Shown: in pieces, positions 47,357 through 58,855 of the stretch
Layout: every line of letters begins with the position of its first letter
Position numbering within the stretch: the first letter of the stretch is position 1
Origin: Promethearchaeota archaeon
GTDB lineage: Archaea; Asgardarchaeota; Lokiarchaeia; Sigyniarchaeales; SOKP01
Length of the DNA stretch: 64,000 nucleotides
Assembly (NCBI GenBank): GCA_011364925.1
Contig: RDOA01000012.1
Coordinates: 18,254-82,253 of the forward strand
Direction: 5' to 3'
Program-made: the position numbers and the translations under genes
The notes under the pieces: model-generated
Seen by the model: only the letters and a program-made list of their open reading frames with translations
The model's database searches: none
Told to the model about the DNA's origin: nothing

Positions 47357-48469
47357 TTTATTTGAGGAAAAGCCATTTAATACTATTTCCTTACCCATCT
47401 CAGAAGATTTTATTGCTGCTAAATTGAATTTTAAAATCTTTTTAGCTTGTTCACCAGATAATATTGGAACTTTGTTTCCTTTGGCAACTTCAATCAGATG
47501 TTTCGTTGCATCAATAAAACTTTGTTTCCAGTCTTTCTCAAATTCATCATAAGTTTCAACTTTACCATCACGAATTAGAACGATAGGAGGAAAAACACTC
47601 GATTCCGACATAGTATTTCCCATAGAGGTTCCTTGATTGATCTTTAATATACCTCTACTTGCTATTATCTCTATAAATTCATCAGTGGGATAATAATTTG
47701 AAGGAATTTCCATTTCTGGCATTAATGAGAATTCCATGTGCCCATATTGAGGAATAAGATGATCCCTACTTTGCTTGTATTTAAACATTACATATGCCGG
47801 TGCATCCAAGCCTTTAAAATTACCTGTTTTAGCAAACACTTTTTCAATCTCTTCTCCAAAGAACCACGATGCTAATGTAAAAGCATGCCAGCCGTTGTCA
47901 AGGAGCACCGGTGACCCTGTTTTAGCACCTCCCACCATTTTAGGGTCTTCTCTCCATTTATTAGCACCACTTGGTACTTTCCAACCTCCTTTACCTCCCA
48001 TTGCGATTTTTATTCTTATAGAGGAAGGATTACCAATATAATCTGAATCAATTAATTCTTTTGCTTTTAATATGTGAGATGCAAATAAGAAATTCTCGTA
48101 TATTGAAAGTATTGCTCCTGATTTGGTGCATTCCTCAATCATGGTGTCAGCTTCCTCGAGGGATAAAGCCATTGGTTTTTGCACTGAAATTGTTTTTACT
48201 CCCATCTTAGCAGAATAGATTGTTGCATCGGCGTGAAGATGATGGGGAAGCAGAATCTCAACAATATCTAATTCCTCTTTTTCTAACATCTCTTTATAAT
48301 CAGAATATATTCGGGTATCGTTTGGTAAACTAAATTTTTTAATCTTTTCTCTAGCTTTTTCTTTAGTTCTATTACACAAGCATGAAATTTCGACCTCTTT
48401 GTTATTCAGATATCCAAGAATGTTTAAATCAAAGATAACCCCAGTTCCAATAATTCCAACCTTTAGCAT
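47351..48469 (-). CDS. Gfo/Idh/MocA family oxidoreductase (paralog)
   Basis: VGIIGTG, LLPHHLH, QKPMA, DNGWH. Confidence 0.9.
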   Translation of the reverse strand: MLKVGIIGTGVIFDLNILGYLNNKEVEISCLCNRTKEKAREKIKKFSLPNDTRIYSDYKEMLEKEELDIVEILLPHHLHADATIYSAKMGVKTISVQKPMALSLEEADTMIEECTKSGAILSIYENFLFASHILKAKELIDSDYIGNPSSIRIKIAMGGKGGWKVPSGANKWREDPKMVGGAKTGSPVLLDNGWHAFTLASWFFGEEIEKVFAKTGNFKGLDAPAYVMFKYKQSRDHLIPQYGHMEFSLMPEMEIPSNYYPTDEFIEIIASRGILKINQGTSMGNTMSESSVFPPIVLIRDGKVETYDEFEKDWKQSFIDATKHLIEVAKGNKVPILSGEQAKKILKFNLAAIKSSEMGKEIVLNGFSSNKL

Positions 48470-48542
48470 AACATTAAATAAAATTATTAATGTAATTTTA
48501 AATTTAATATATCTATACTTTTAGCGGATTTGGTAAGATAAA

Positions 48543-50207
48543 GTGTCGGAAAATAAAGGTTTAGATGCTGTTTTAACATATAAAAGAGCTTTACTTCGCG
48601 GATGTGGATACTCTTATCAAGATATTGAAAGACCTTTAATTGCAATCGTAAACTCGTGGAATGAAATAAATCCAGGACACATTCACTTAAATAAGTTAAG
48701 CAATTTAGTAAAATCTGGTGTAAGAGAAGCAGGAGGTACTCCTATGGAATTCAATACAATTGCAGTGTGTGATGGAATAGCTAATTCAGGAAAGTATTCA
48801 AACATGGTTTTACCTACTCGAGAAATAATTGCTGCTTCAATAGAGACTACAGTAAAATCTTATAACTTTGATGGAATGGTAATGATATGTTCATGCGATA
48901 AAATAATCCCAGGTATGCTTTTGGCTAGTGTTAGATGCGATATTCCCACTATTTTTCTTACTGGAGGTATTATGAAGCCTAAAACATTCGGAGTTGGATC
49001 TTTAAAGGGAAAAACTTACGTAACATCCGACATTAAAGAAGCGATTGGGCAATTTAAAGCTGGTAAAATAACTAAAGAAGAACTACATCTTATTGAATCT
49101 GAAACATGTTGTTCTCCTGGAGCGTGCAATATGATGGGAACCGCGAATACAATGGCTTGTATAGTTGAAGCTATGGGACTTTCCTTACCAAATTGTGCAA
49201 CTACAAGTGCGTTAAGTAAAGAACAAGAAGATTTGAGTAAAGAAACAGGAAAAATAATTATCAATTTAGTAGAGAAGAATATTACTGTTTTAAAATTGAT
49301 AACTCATAAATCCATCTATAACGCGTGTAAAGTAGCTTTATCTTTTGGTGGATCAACAAATATGATACTCCACATGTGCGCTCTTTCTCATGAAATTGGT
49401 GGGAACTTAAACCATTTTGATTTTGGTGAGTTGAGTAAATCGGTACCCTTATTGGCTAAATTTAAACCATCATCCGAATATAATCTCTCAGAATTTCACG
49501 AAGCGGGAGGGGTAAAGGTCTTAATGAAGAAACTTTCAAGTCTTTTAGATTTAACAACATTAAATGTGTTCGGAGAGACTCTAGAACAATATTTAGATAA
49601 GATACAACCAACAGAATATCACATTATTCGAGATATAAGCGATCCTATTTCACAAGAGGGTGGGATTGCTATATTGAATGGAAATTTGGCACCAGAAGGT
49701 GCTGTTGTAAAACAGAGCGCGGTTCACATCGATATGAGATATCATAAAGGATTTGCAAAGGTATTTGAATCCGAAGAAGCTTTGAAAAAAGCATTAATGA
49801 ATAATGCTATAAATAAAGGGGATGTGTTAGTTATTAGATACGAGGGTCCTAAGGGAGGGCCTGGAATGAGGGAATTATCAATACCTGCTGCAATTTTAGT
49901 TGGAATGGGATTAGGAGATTCTGTTGCAATGATAACTGATGGAAGGTATTCTGGTGCCACAAGAGGTCCATGTATAGGACATGTTTGTCCCGAAGCATAT
50001 GAAGGAGGACCTATTTCAGTTGTCAAAGACGGAGACGAAATCGAGATTGATTTGGAGAATCGTCAGCTTAATATTCTTATATCGGAAGAGGAACTTAGAG
50101 AACGGTTAAAAATATGGAGAAGACCTGAAATGAGGGCTGAGAGGGGATATTTAGGTGTTTATCGCAAAATAGTGAGTTCTGCTAAATATGGAGCTTATTT
50201 AAATTAA
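48543..50207 (+). CDS. ilvD: dihydroxy-acid dehydratase (IlvD/Edd family)
   Basis: [51 protein letters not shown]. Confidence 0.9.
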   Translation: MSENKGLDAVLTYKRALLRGCGYSYQDIERPLIAIVNSWNEINPGHIHLNKLSNLVKSGVREAGGTPMEFNTIAVCDGIANSGKYSNMVLPTREIIAASIETTVKSYNFDGMVMICSCDKIIPGMLLASVRCDIPTIFLTGGIMKPKTFGVGSLKGKTYVTSDIKEAIGQFKAGKITKEELHLIESETCCSPGACNMMGTANTMACIVEAMGLSLPNCATTSALSKEQEDLSKETGKIIINLVEKNITVLKLITHKSIYNACKVALSFGGSTNMILHMCALSHEIGGNLNHFDFGELSKSVPLLAKFKPSSEYNLSEFHEAGGVKVLMKKLSSLLDLTTLNVFGETLEQYLDKIQPTEYHIIRDISDPISQEGGIAILNGNLAPEGAVVKQSAVHIDMRYHKGFAKVFESEEALKKALMNNAINKGDVLVIRYEGPKGGPGMRELSIPAAILVGMGLGDSVAMITDGRYSGATRGPCIGHVCPEAYEGGPISVVKDGDEIEIDLENRQLNILISEEELRERLKIWRRPEMRAERGYLGVYRKIVSSAKYGAYLN

Positions 50208-50227
50208 AATTACCTACTGGGATTAAA

Positions 50228-51400
50228 ATGGCGGATGAAAATCGTATAAAAGAAACGATTGAAACATTTTCCTTTCCTAGATTATCGGGCACTGAAGGAG
50301 AAAAAAAGGCACTACAATTAGCAATTCAAAAAGTGAAAGAATTAAATCTTACTCTATTTACTCAAGATTTTGTGTTTAGCACTTTTTTTGGGAGAATGTA
50401 TCCAAAATTAGCGTTTTTCTTTGGATCTATGACATTTTTTTTGCTATATCTTAATTTTGTCACATTAATAATTCCAGTTCTTTTGATAGTTTTTGGTGTA
50501 TTTCTTTGCGTTTTATTTATACTTACGATGCATCCAGAGGCGATAAGATTACCCAATAAATTAAATTCCAGCAATCTATATGTCAAAGTTGGGAATAAAC
50601 CAAATAATACTAAATCAAATAAAATCCCAGAGAAAAATATTTTGTTTATGTGTCATTTAGATTCAAAAGGACAACGATTTTCAATATTATATCGTATAAG
50701 AATCATACGAACATGGGTATTTTCAGGCATGATTGTCGCAATGATTCTTGTTTTGAAAAATCTAGTTTTTTTTCTATTTCCAGTATTATTTTACATCATT
50801 GGAATAATCCCTATAGGACTTAACTTAGGGTCTATGATACTTTTTTTATTGAATTCAACAAACAATAACTCTATTGGAGCAATTGATAATGCTTCAGGAA
50901 TTGCGTGCGTATTCGAGATACTCTCGCATTTTTCAAATCCAGAATTTAGATTAAAGCATTATAACATATTCTTTGTTTTCACAGGAGCGGAAGAGTGCGG
51001 TACAATGGGAATTAGAAATTTCTATCAATTAGTGAAAGACTTCGATAAAGAAGAAACCATAATTTTTAATTTTGATTCGATCGCTAAAAATACATACTTG
51101 TTTCCAGATAAGAATTCATCGGATCAGGTAAAAACTGTTTTTAGAATGTTAACTAATAAAAAGAATGATTTAATAATTAAAAGGAATCCTAAGAAATTAC
51201 CCTTTGGTTCCCACTCTGACGGTTATTATTTGAAAAAGAAAGGTTTTCATGGGATTGGATTTGGTGATTTGGAATGTGAAGAGTACATTCATTCAGTTAA
51301 TGATACGGTGGATAAAGTAGATATATCTTTACTAAAAAGATTATGTGAAACCATCATCGATAACTTAATAGCATTTGATGACCAAATAAAAAATAATTAA
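50228..51400 (+). CDS. M28 family peptidase with inserted TM helices
   Basis: PRLSGTEGE, HLDS, GAIDNASG, GAEE, HSD, IHS..D. Confidence 0.82.
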   Translation: MADENRIKETIETFSFPRLSGTEGEKKALQLAIQKVKELNLTLFTQDFVFSTFFGRMYPKLAFFFGSMTFFLLYLNFVTLIIPVLLIVFGVFLCVLFILTMHPEAIRLPNKLNSSNLYVKVGNKPNNTKSNKIPEKNILFMCHLDSKGQRFSILYRIRIIRTWVFSGMIVAMILVLKNLVFFLFPVLFYIIGIIPIGLNLGSMILFLLNSTNNNSIGAIDNASGIACVFEILSHFSNPEFRLKHYNIFFVFTGAEECGTMGIRNFYQLVKDFDKEETIIFNFDSIAKNTYLFPDKNSSDQVKTVFRMLTNKKNDLIIKRNPKKLPFGSHSDGYYLKKKGFHGIGFGDLECEEYIHSVNDTVDKVDISLLKRLCETIIDNLIAFDDQIKNN

Positions 51401-51428
51401 TCGAAAAAAAAAATAAAAAATTACCACT

Positions 51429-52946
51429 TTGAACAAAAAAGAACTAGGAGTTGTCTTGACTCCCCCTAAAACCGCAGAATACATCGTATCCAGATTAGGT
51501 AATGTTTCCGGTAATCAGAAAGTATTAGATCCCTGCGTAGGACCTGGAATTTTTATCAAGGCACTACTAAAGTCCGGAGTTGATAAAGCCCAGATATTTT
51601 GTCACGACATAAACTCGGATTATAAAGCCACTATTGAAGATTTAGGAGTAAGATTTAGAGCTATAGATAACCTACTCTCATTAAATTCGGAGAGTTATAA
51701 CGAATATGACTTTATCGTTGGAAATCCCCCTTATTTGAATAAAGCAAGTAATTATGTGAGGTCTAATCGCGTTGAATTGAAGAAACTTTACGGAAATATC
51801 AATGCTCACGAAACATATTCTATGTTTATTGTTAATAGCATATGGAGGCTAAAGGAAGGAGGAAAATTGGGATTCATTACAAGTGACTCTTTCTTATCGC
51901 TTAGCACACATACAAAACTAAGAAACTTCATCTTAAAGAATTGCTTAATTAATGAAATACTCTTAGCTCCTAAAGATTTATTCTCTAATCAAAATGTAAG
52001 TACTAGCCCTGCGATCCTAATTTTAACCAAATGCTCAAACGAGCAACTGAGAAATCAGAATAATATATATGTAGTTCCCAGAATCAAAAGTGAAGAGGAT
52101 TATAAGAACCCTAAAAAAGTACTAAATATTCAACAAAAAAATTACCACAAACTACCCTTTAATATCTTTTTTATCGATGTTGAAAACGAAGTTATAGACT
52201 TTTTTGATAGTGCTCCCAGATTGGAAGATTTTATGAAGGGGTATATAGGTATGCATACTCACGATAACAGAAAATATGTCGCAGCAATTGAAGGCACTCG
52301 TTTAGCGAGCATTTTTAGAAGAAGAAACGAAAAAATCAAGGATTATAATCTTAAATACAAAATTATCGAGAGTGAACATTTAGATTCGGGCAATTGGAAA
52401 CCCTACTTGAAAAGAGGGGGATCAGAACAGTATTACAGACCAATATCAGAAGCGTTAGACTGGAGTGAAGCGGCAACAAAGGTTTACGATATTCCAAATA
52501 ACGTACCATTTGAAAAAGAGGGAATTGTGATAAGTGGAGTAAGTACTCGGTTAGCTGCACGATACATGCCAGAAGGATGCTACTGGGATTCAAACAAGGC
52601 TATGGGTTTTATTACTAGGAACTCTTCTGCATCAGTCGAATTTTTGTTAGGACTGCTCAATAGCTCGCTTTATAATTATTTTGCAAAAGGAATAATTAAC
52701 AATACAAATAGTATTCAATTAACTGGGGTTCACGCATTACCTTTTATCGAACCAGATCCTAGTTTTATGGCTGAAATTGAAGCTCAAGTTCATAATATAA
52801 TTAAAAATAAAATGTTAAATCCAGATTATAATTATGTTAAAGAACAAAAATTGATTGATAATTTAGTCTTCAATTATTTCGTTAAATATCATAATTTCCC
52901 TTTATCACTTAAGAAAAAATTAGATAAACAATATTCAGTTTATTAG
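51429..52946 (+). CDS. N6-adenine DNA methyltransferase (TaqI/Eco57I-like), orphan
   Basis: LGVVLTP, VLDPCVGPG, IVGNPPY, LKEGGKLGFI, LLGLLNS. Confidence 0.88.
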   Translation: MNKKELGVVLTPPKTAEYIVSRLGNVSGNQKVLDPCVGPGIFIKALLKSGVDKAQIFCHDINSDYKATIEDLGVRFRAIDNLLSLNSESYNEYDFIVGNPPYLNKASNYVRSNRVELKKLYGNINAHETYSMFIVNSIWRLKEGGKLGFITSDSFLSLSTHTKLRNFILKNCLINEILLAPKDLFSNQNVSTSPAILILTKCSNEQLRNQNNIYVVPRIKSEEDYKNPKKVLNIQQKNYHKLPFNIFFIDVENEVIDFFDSAPRLEDFMKGYIGMHTHDNRKYVAAIEGTRLASIFRRRNEKIKDYNLKYKIIESEHLDSGNWKPYLKRGGSEQYYRPISEALDWSEAATKVYDIPNNVPFEKEGIVISGVSTRLAARYMPEGCYWDSNKAMGFITRNSSASVEFLLGLLNSSLYNYFAKGIINNTNSIQLTGVHALPFIEPDPSFMAEIEAQVHNIIKNKMLNPDYNYVKEQKLIDNLVFNYFVKYHNFPLSLKKKLDKQYSVY

Positions 52947-52953
52947 TTAAGAC

Positions 52954-53634
52954 TTATTTGATACCAAAAGCATTTGGGCATACTTTTCTACAGGTATTAC
53001 ATTTCTTCAAGACATACCCTTTTTCATGAGTGTAAATTGAGTGGGGCCTACAAAGCCGTTGCATCACTGTTTTTCCATCTAAAGCTTCTGTTGGACAAGA
53101 TTTTAAGCATATTTCACAACCATCTGGACAACTCTCGTAGGTGGCAATCGGATCACCAGCTAAATCAATGTTTACCAAAATTGCTCCTAGTTGGATCATA
53201 TTTCCTACATGGTCATTAAATAACAGAGTGTTTTTTCCTAAAACTCCAAGTCCAGCTAATTTTCCTGCATGTCTTAATGATATGATTGCTCTTCCATATA
53301 AATTATCAGATTCCCAATATTCGTATGGATCATCAGAAGGAATTGGAACCGCCCTTACCCCCAAATCTTCTAATTTCCTTGTAAATTTAAGTGTCAGATT
53401 ATCCACCTCTTGGATAATAATATTTCCAAGATGAGAATACGGAACAAAACTTGATGCGTATAGAGGTCCATGGGGTACCTTTTTTGCAAATACAATAACA
53501 GATTTACAATCTTTATAGACATCAGTGGGACGAAAACCATCTGGTGCGTCATTAAATCGAGCAATTGGAGCTATTCCACATAAATCAAAACTCAATTCAG
53601 ATGCAATTTCCTTTACTATTTTTGAATTGAGCAT
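52954..53634 (-). CDS. epoxyqueuosine reductase (QueG)-like 4Fe-4S protein
   Basis: DLCGIA, RHAGKLAGLGVLGKN, CPDGCEICLKSCP, CNTCRKVCP. Confidence 0.75.
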   Translation of the reverse strand: MLNSKIVKEIASELSFDLCGIAPIARFNDAPDGFRPTDVYKDCKSVIVFAKKVPHGPLYASSFVPYSHLGNIIIQEVDNLTLKFTRKLEDLGVRAVPIPSDDPYEYWESDNLYGRAIISLRHAGKLAGLGVLGKNTLLFNDHVGNMIQLGAILVNIDLAGDPIATYESCPDGCEICLKSCPTEALDGKTVMQRLCRPHSIYTHEKGYVLKKCNTCRKVCPNAFGIK

Positions 53635-55451
53635 TATAATTTTTCCCCTTTTATTTCCTCTTCATACTCTCTTCTTCTTTCCTTTAAATACGCGGGTCTT
53701 GGAACATCCCACCATCCGACGGCTGGCGAGCCAGTAAAAGGAAAATTCTGTTGTACTTCAATTTCAACTACTACGGGCTTTCCAGAGTAACTTGCTCTTC
53801 TTAAAGCAGGAATAATCTCTTCTTTTGCACTAATTTTTTCAGAGTAGCAGCCAAATGCTTCGCCGATTTTTGCAAAATCTGGAGAATAACTATTTCCCTC
53901 AGAATCTTCAAATGCAGTCCCATATCCTCGATCTTCCCCAAAAGCTGCTTGTTGGAGGTCCTTTATCGCAATCCAACCGTGATTGTTGAGGACAATAAAG
54001 AATATATCTTTTAATCCTAATTGTACAGCCATAGATATATCTGAAATTGTCATCATAAAATCACCGTCTCCAACCAATGCAGCAACTTTTCGATCAGATT
54101 TTCCAATATCTATAGAACCCAGCTTCGCTCCTATTGCAGCAGGTACACTATATCCCATCGTTGAGAAACCTCCCGCAGTAAGACACGTTTTAGATTCGTA
54201 GAATTCTAATTCTTGTAGCATTTGAGCTTGTACATTCCCAGAACTAGTCACTATAACAGAATCTCTGTCAAAAAACTTTCTAATTTCTCTTAAAACTGTC
54301 GAGATCATTACTGGTACCATTGTATCATCTCTATTTTCATCGAGGAATTTGAACCATTTTTTTTTCTCTGATTCTATTTCTTTAAAATAATCAGTACTTT
54401 TATAATCTACAGAATGATCTCCCAGTTCAGTAATAATTTCTTGTAAACAAGCCTTTACATCTCCTACAAGACCAACCGTAACGGGATAATTTTTGCCGAT
54501 TTCATGAGGATCGATATCTATATGAATCAATTTTGTGGGAGGGATTGAAAAACTTACACCTTCCTTATACGAACTGCTTGTTTCGTCAGCAAATCTACAT
54601 CCTAAGGCTAAAATCACATCCGCACTTGATGTCATCTTCATTCCAACTGTAGTTCCTTTTGAACCGGCTGACCAGCAATATAATGGATGGGAATTATCAA
54701 TAATGTCTTTTCCCATCATAGTTACAACCACGCCAGCTCCAATTTTTTCAGCTAATGTTAATACTTCGAAATTTGCATTGGAACTCACTGCGCCTCCTCC
54801 AATAAATATAACAGGTCGTTTTGCATTTTGCAGTAAATCCGTCGCTTTCTTTATCATCTCAGGATCACCCCTAATTCGACCCTGAGATCTTCTTTCGGAA
54901 GGATCTGGAATTTCGATTTCTATAGCATTTGCTTGCACATCCATAGGAAGATCGATATGTACGGGACCTTTTCTTCCTGTTAACATGATATTAAAAGCTC
55001 TTTGCATTACTGTAGGTAACTGTCCTACACTATCAACTTCAAAACTGCGTTTAACGATTGGTTCGAGGATTTTTGGCATGTTCGAATCTTTTTGTCTTTC
55101 TATTTCTTGAAGGACTCCTTTTCCTCTCATATGTACGTGAGTGTCTCCAGTAATTACTAGACAGGGAAAAGAATCTACATAAGCGTCAGCGATCCCTATA
55201 GCAGTATTGATTGCTCCGGGTCCTATCGATGTGAAAACACATAGTGGATTACCAGTTATTCTGTAATAGCCTACTGCAAGGTGAACTCCTGACATTTCCT
55301 GTTTAGGTTGAATTAGTTGCAGTTTATCCCTATCTTTAAAAAAAGCGTCAACTAACGGTAAATTCCCATGACCAGGTATGCCTATTACGTATTTCACACC
55401 TTCTTTTATGAGATATTTAGTTACAATTTCTCCTCCAGTTAATTTTACCAT
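53634..55451 (-). CDS. thiamine pyrophosphate-dependent enzyme (acetolactate synthase / IolD-like)
   Basis: GIPGHGN, TSIGPGAIN, GPVHIDLP.DVQ, GFSTMGY, GDGDF...LNN. Confidence 0.88.
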   Translation of the reverse strand: MVKLTGGEIVTKYLIKEGVKYVIGIPGHGNLPLVDAFFKDRDKLQLIQPKQEMSGVHLAVGYYRITGNPLCVFTSIGPGAINTAIGIADAYVDSFPCLVITGDTHVHMRGKGVLQEIERQKDSNMPKILEPIVKRSFEVDSVGQLPTVMQRAFNIMLTGRKGPVHIDLPMDVQANAIEIEIPDPSERRSQGRIRGDPEMIKKATDLLQNAKRPVIFIGGGAVSSNANFEVLTLAEKIGAGVVVTMMGKDIIDNSHPLYCWSAGSKGTTVGMKMTSSADVILALGCRFADETSSSYKEGVSFSIPPTKLIHIDIDPHEIGKNYPVTVGLVGDVKACLQEIITELGDHSVDYKSTDYFKEIESEKKKWFKFLDENRDDTMVPVMISTVLREIRKFFDRDSVIVTSSGNVQAQMLQELEFYESKTCLTAGGFSTMGYSVPAAIGAKLGSIDIGKSDRKVAALVGDGDFMMTISDISMAVQLGLKDIFFIVLNNHGWIAIKDLQQAAFGEDRGYGTAFEDSEGNSYSPDFAKIGEAFGCYSEKISAKEEIIPALRRASYSGKPVVVEIEVQQNFPFTGSPAVGWWDVPRPAYLKERRREYEEEIKGEKL

Positions 55452-55817
55452 AAAATCCCACTTCTTTATTACTTTCAGAAATCTAATATGAGGGAGAATA
55501 TAGATTATGCTTTAATCTTTATTATATTTCATGAAGAATCCCCTAAGTTTTATTTGAGATAGGCATTAAATTGGAAGTTTAAATAACTACTCTATAATCA
55601 TTCTGTTGTAATATCAATCCTATTTTAGATAACTTGAGGTTAGATAAAAATGGAAAAAAAAGAGAAATAAATTATAAAAATGTTAAAATAATGAAATATA
55701 TTGAAACTCAGATTTTAATATAATTATTAAACGATTTTATGATTTATTATTAAATTGTATATAAATTGTGATATTTTATATAAAATGAATATTAATTCTT
55801 AAAATACATCATTAAAT

Positions 55818-56267
55818 ATGATTCTTATGAGCAATAGAATTAACAGTAAGGAACAGTTTGTCAAACTGTGGACAGAAATTTACAATACAGAAGGTAAGCC
55901 GGATTGGTCGCATATCCTCCCATATTATGACGATAATATCTATTTTCGTGATTCAATCCAAGAAATTCGAGGTATGAAAGAATTTAAACCTATGACTGAA
56001 CGATTAACTGAGCGATCTAAAGATTTACAGATGAAAATTATCAACATTCTTTTTGAAGGGAACATTATTTTTTTTGAATGGGAGATGACATTAAGCTTTA
56101 AAAAATATCCTAATTCGACCTTATTTGGAGCGAGTAGGATAATTTTGAATGAAGAGGGTAAAATTATTGAACAGAGGGATTACTACGATCTCTGGGGTGA
56201 TATTTTTGATAATATTCCCGGGCTCGGAAAAGGGTATCGGAAGTTTATGAAGAGTAGATTCGGGTGA
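55818..56267 (+). CDS. NTF2/SnoaL-like protein
   Basis: YDDNIYFRD, GKIIEQRDYYD. Confidence 0.85.
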   Translation: MILMSNRINSKEQFVKLWTEIYNTEGKPDWSHILPYYDDNIYFRDSIQEIRGMKEFKPMTERLTERSKDLQMKIINILFEGNIIFFEWEMTLSFKKYPNSTLFGASRIILNEEGKIIEQRDYYDLWGDIFDNIPGLGKGYRKFMKSRFG

Positions 56268-57214
56268 TTCGTATAAATAAATACCTAAGACAGTATAGAT
56301 TGATCGCACAAACGCGTGCCATGCGTAGGAATAAGAAAGCTAAGATTAAAGAATGTGACGAGGACTTTAAAGGACGACTAGTGGCTATCACTGGAGCAAC
56401 CTCTGGAATCGGTTATGCTACTGCAAGAAAATATGCGTCCCATGGAGCTAATCTTTTATTGATCAATCGAAATGAAGAAAAATCGATAAATGTTTGCGAA
56501 GAAGTTCGTCAGGATTTTGGAGTAGAATGTGAATATAAGATTGCGGATTTTTCTCGTATTTCCGATGTACGAAATCTTGCTTACGAACTTTTAAATTTAA
56601 ATCTAAATATTGATGTTTTTATTCATAACGCAGGTGTCTTTTCAACAAAGAAGGTAATTACGGAAGACAGTTTAGAACTTGTTTTCCAAGTAATTTATCT
56701 TGGGTCTTTTATTCTAAACTATGTACTAAAGGATAAATTCAAAGCTCAGGAATCGACAAGGATCATATTTGTAAATTCCGAAGGTCACCGATTTGCTTTT
56801 TTTGGATTAAGATTAGATGATTTTGAATGGGAGGATCATCATTATTCGGGTTTGCGTAGTTATGGGCAAGCCAAGTTGGCTCAGCTTCTTTCAATGATTA
56901 GATTTGACGAATATTTTAAAGATAGTGGAGTCTCGATAAATGCTATGCATCCTGGCAGCGTGAAGTCCAGCATGGGTCAAAATAATGGAAGATCTTATCG
57001 ATTTTTTAAACGTGTTTTAATCGATCGTGCTGCAAAGTCACCAGAAATATCTGCTCAAGCACTCTATTATCTCGGTGTGTCAAAGGAGATGGAAGGAGTG
57101 AGCGGGAAGTTTTTCCGTCTTACAACAGAAGAAGTACCTTCACCTCCGGCGTTAGATAGAGAGGTCGCAGAAGAGCTGTGGGATGTAAGTATAAAATTAG
57201 GTGGCCTTGAATGA
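56264..57214 (+). CDS. short-chain dehydrogenase (retinol dehydrogenase-like)
   Basis: ITGATSGIG, HNAG, YGQAK, MHPG. Confidence 0.9.
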   Translation: MIRINKYLRQYRLIAQTRAMRRNKKAKIKECDEDFKGRLVAITGATSGIGYATARKYASHGANLLLINRNEEKSINVCEEVRQDFGVECEYKIADFSRISDVRNLAYELLNLNLNIDVFIHNAGVFSTKKVITEDSLELVFQVIYLGSFILNYVLKDKFKAQESTRIIFVNSEGHRFAFFGLRLDDFEWEDHHYSGLRSYGQAKLAQLLSMIRFDEYFKDSGVSINAMHPGSVKSSMGQNNGRSYRFFKRVLIDRAAKSPEISAQALYYLGVSKEMEGVSGKFFRLTTEEVPSPPALDREVAEELWDVSIKLGGLE

Positions 57215-58812
57215 ATGAACCAGATAAAAAAATTATTATAGTTGGGGCAGGTATAGCAGGTTTAACCGCTGCTGCGTATTTGTCTAGGGCAAAGTATGAT
57301 GTCCTTTTAACTGAAAAAAATAAGGAAATTGGAGGCTTAGTTAATACAATTGAACGAGATGGATTTTTCTTCGATACAGCGGCAAGATCGATTGAAAATT
57401 CTGGTATTGTAAAACCTTTTTTATATGATCTAGGAATTAACCTAGAGATTATGAACAGTCCTATCTCTGTTGGAATTGAAAGCGATGTTATTAATATCCA
57501 TTCGGAAGAAAGTTTGGGTGACTATAAGAATTTACTAGAAAAATTGTATCCTGAAAAGATAGAAGATATTCAAAGAATTGTCTCATTTATGGAAAAAATG
57601 ATGAAAGATACAGCCACTTTATATGGGATCGACAACCCTCTTCTTAAAGATCTCAAGAAAGATAAAAAATTTCTCTTTAAAGAATTACTTCCATACTTAG
57701 GAAAATTCTTGTTAACTGTCCGGCGTATGAATCGCCTAAATGAACCCGTTGAAGAGTTTTTGGAAAAAATGTCGTCATACAGACCTCTTACGGATATAAT
57801 TGACCAACATTTCTTTAAAAATACTCCAACATCTTTTGCTATGGGCTATTTTTACGTTTATCTTGACTATATTTACCCAATGGGTGGTACAGGTCAAATA
57901 CCTAAAGCTATTGGACAAAAAATTATCGAATGGGGAGGGAAAATCCAAACTGAAACAGAAATCTCCAAAATTATACCTTCAAAGAATCAAGTAATCGATA
58001 TCAATGGTAATTTATATCCGTATGATTATCTCATTTGGTGCGCAGATCTAAAAACATTATACAAGAGACTTAATACACACAATTTGGATGATAAAATTTC
58101 TCGTAAAATTAAAGAACAAAAAGAAAAATTTGTTTCCCATCGTGGTGCAGATTCGGTATTTAGTTTGTTCCTCGGAGTTGATGAACCATTAGAAAAATAT
58201 GAATCTATTTCACACGGACATTTCTTTTACACTCCATCGAAAAAAGGTCTGGGAGAACTTAATCGTTCGATATTAAAATCGTTGATCGATAATTTTGAAA
58301 ATACGCCAAAAGAAGAAATTCTACAGTGGTTAGATAAGTTTTGCAAATTGAATACTTACGAAATTTCAATTCCTGCTCTACGAGACTCCTCACTAGCTCC
58401 AAAAGGAAAAACTGGTCTGGAAATTAGCGTACTTTTCGATTTTGATTTATTTAAAAAGGTTCAGGAAGCTTCTTGGTACGAGGAATTTAAAACAGAGGTT
58501 GAAAACCGTATTTTAAAGACTCTATCGAACTCCATCTACCCGGACATCGAGGAAAAAATTCTCTTCCGATTTTCTTTTACTCCTTTATCTATTTTAAATA
58601 GGGTAGGTAGCTCTGAAGGAGCAATTGTGGGGTGGTCATATGAAAAAACTCCTCCTGTAGCGAATAGCCTTCTTAAGATATATAGTTCCGTTAAAACACC
58701 AATTCCTAAAGTATTGCAAGCAGGTCAATGGACTTACAGCCCCGCTGGAATTCCCATCGCAATTCTTACTGGCTTGCTTGCCGCTCAAAAAATTATAAAA
58801 AATAAAATTTAA
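57211..58812 (+). CDS. phytoene desaturase-like FAD-dependent oxidoreductase
   Basis: IVGAGIAGL, YPMGG, DSSLAPKGK, AGQWTYSPAGIP. Confidence 0.82.
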   Translation: MNEPDKKIIIVGAGIAGLTAAAYLSRAKYDVLLTEKNKEIGGLVNTIERDGFFFDTAARSIENSGIVKPFLYDLGINLEIMNSPISVGIESDVINIHSEESLGDYKNLLEKLYPEKIEDIQRIVSFMEKMMKDTATLYGIDNPLLKDLKKDKKFLFKELLPYLGKFLLTVRRMNRLNEPVEEFLEKMSSYRPLTDIIDQHFFKNTPTSFAMGYFYVYLDYIYPMGGTGQIPKAIGQKIIEWGGKIQTETEISKIIPSKNQVIDINGNLYPYDYLIWCADLKTLYKRLNTHNLDDKISRKIKEQKEKFVSHRGADSVFSLFLGVDEPLEKYESISHGHFFYTPSKKGLGELNRSILKSLIDNFENTPKEEILQWLDKFCKLNTYEISIPALRDSSLAPKGKTGLEISVLFDFDLFKKVQEASWYEEFKTEVENRILKTLSNSIYPDIEEKILFRFSFTPLSILNRVGSSEGAIVGWSYEKTPPVANSLLKIYSSVKTPIPKVLQAGQWTYSPAGIPIAILTGLLAAQKIIKNKI

Positions 58813-58855
58813 ACTTTAATATAGGGAATTATTTCTATGTTCGAAGGTTTTAGAC

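Noticed and set aside
52954-53634. Reductive dehalogenase
   Set aside because: Too short (226 aa), no TAT signal or anchor gene; only the QueG-like core is present
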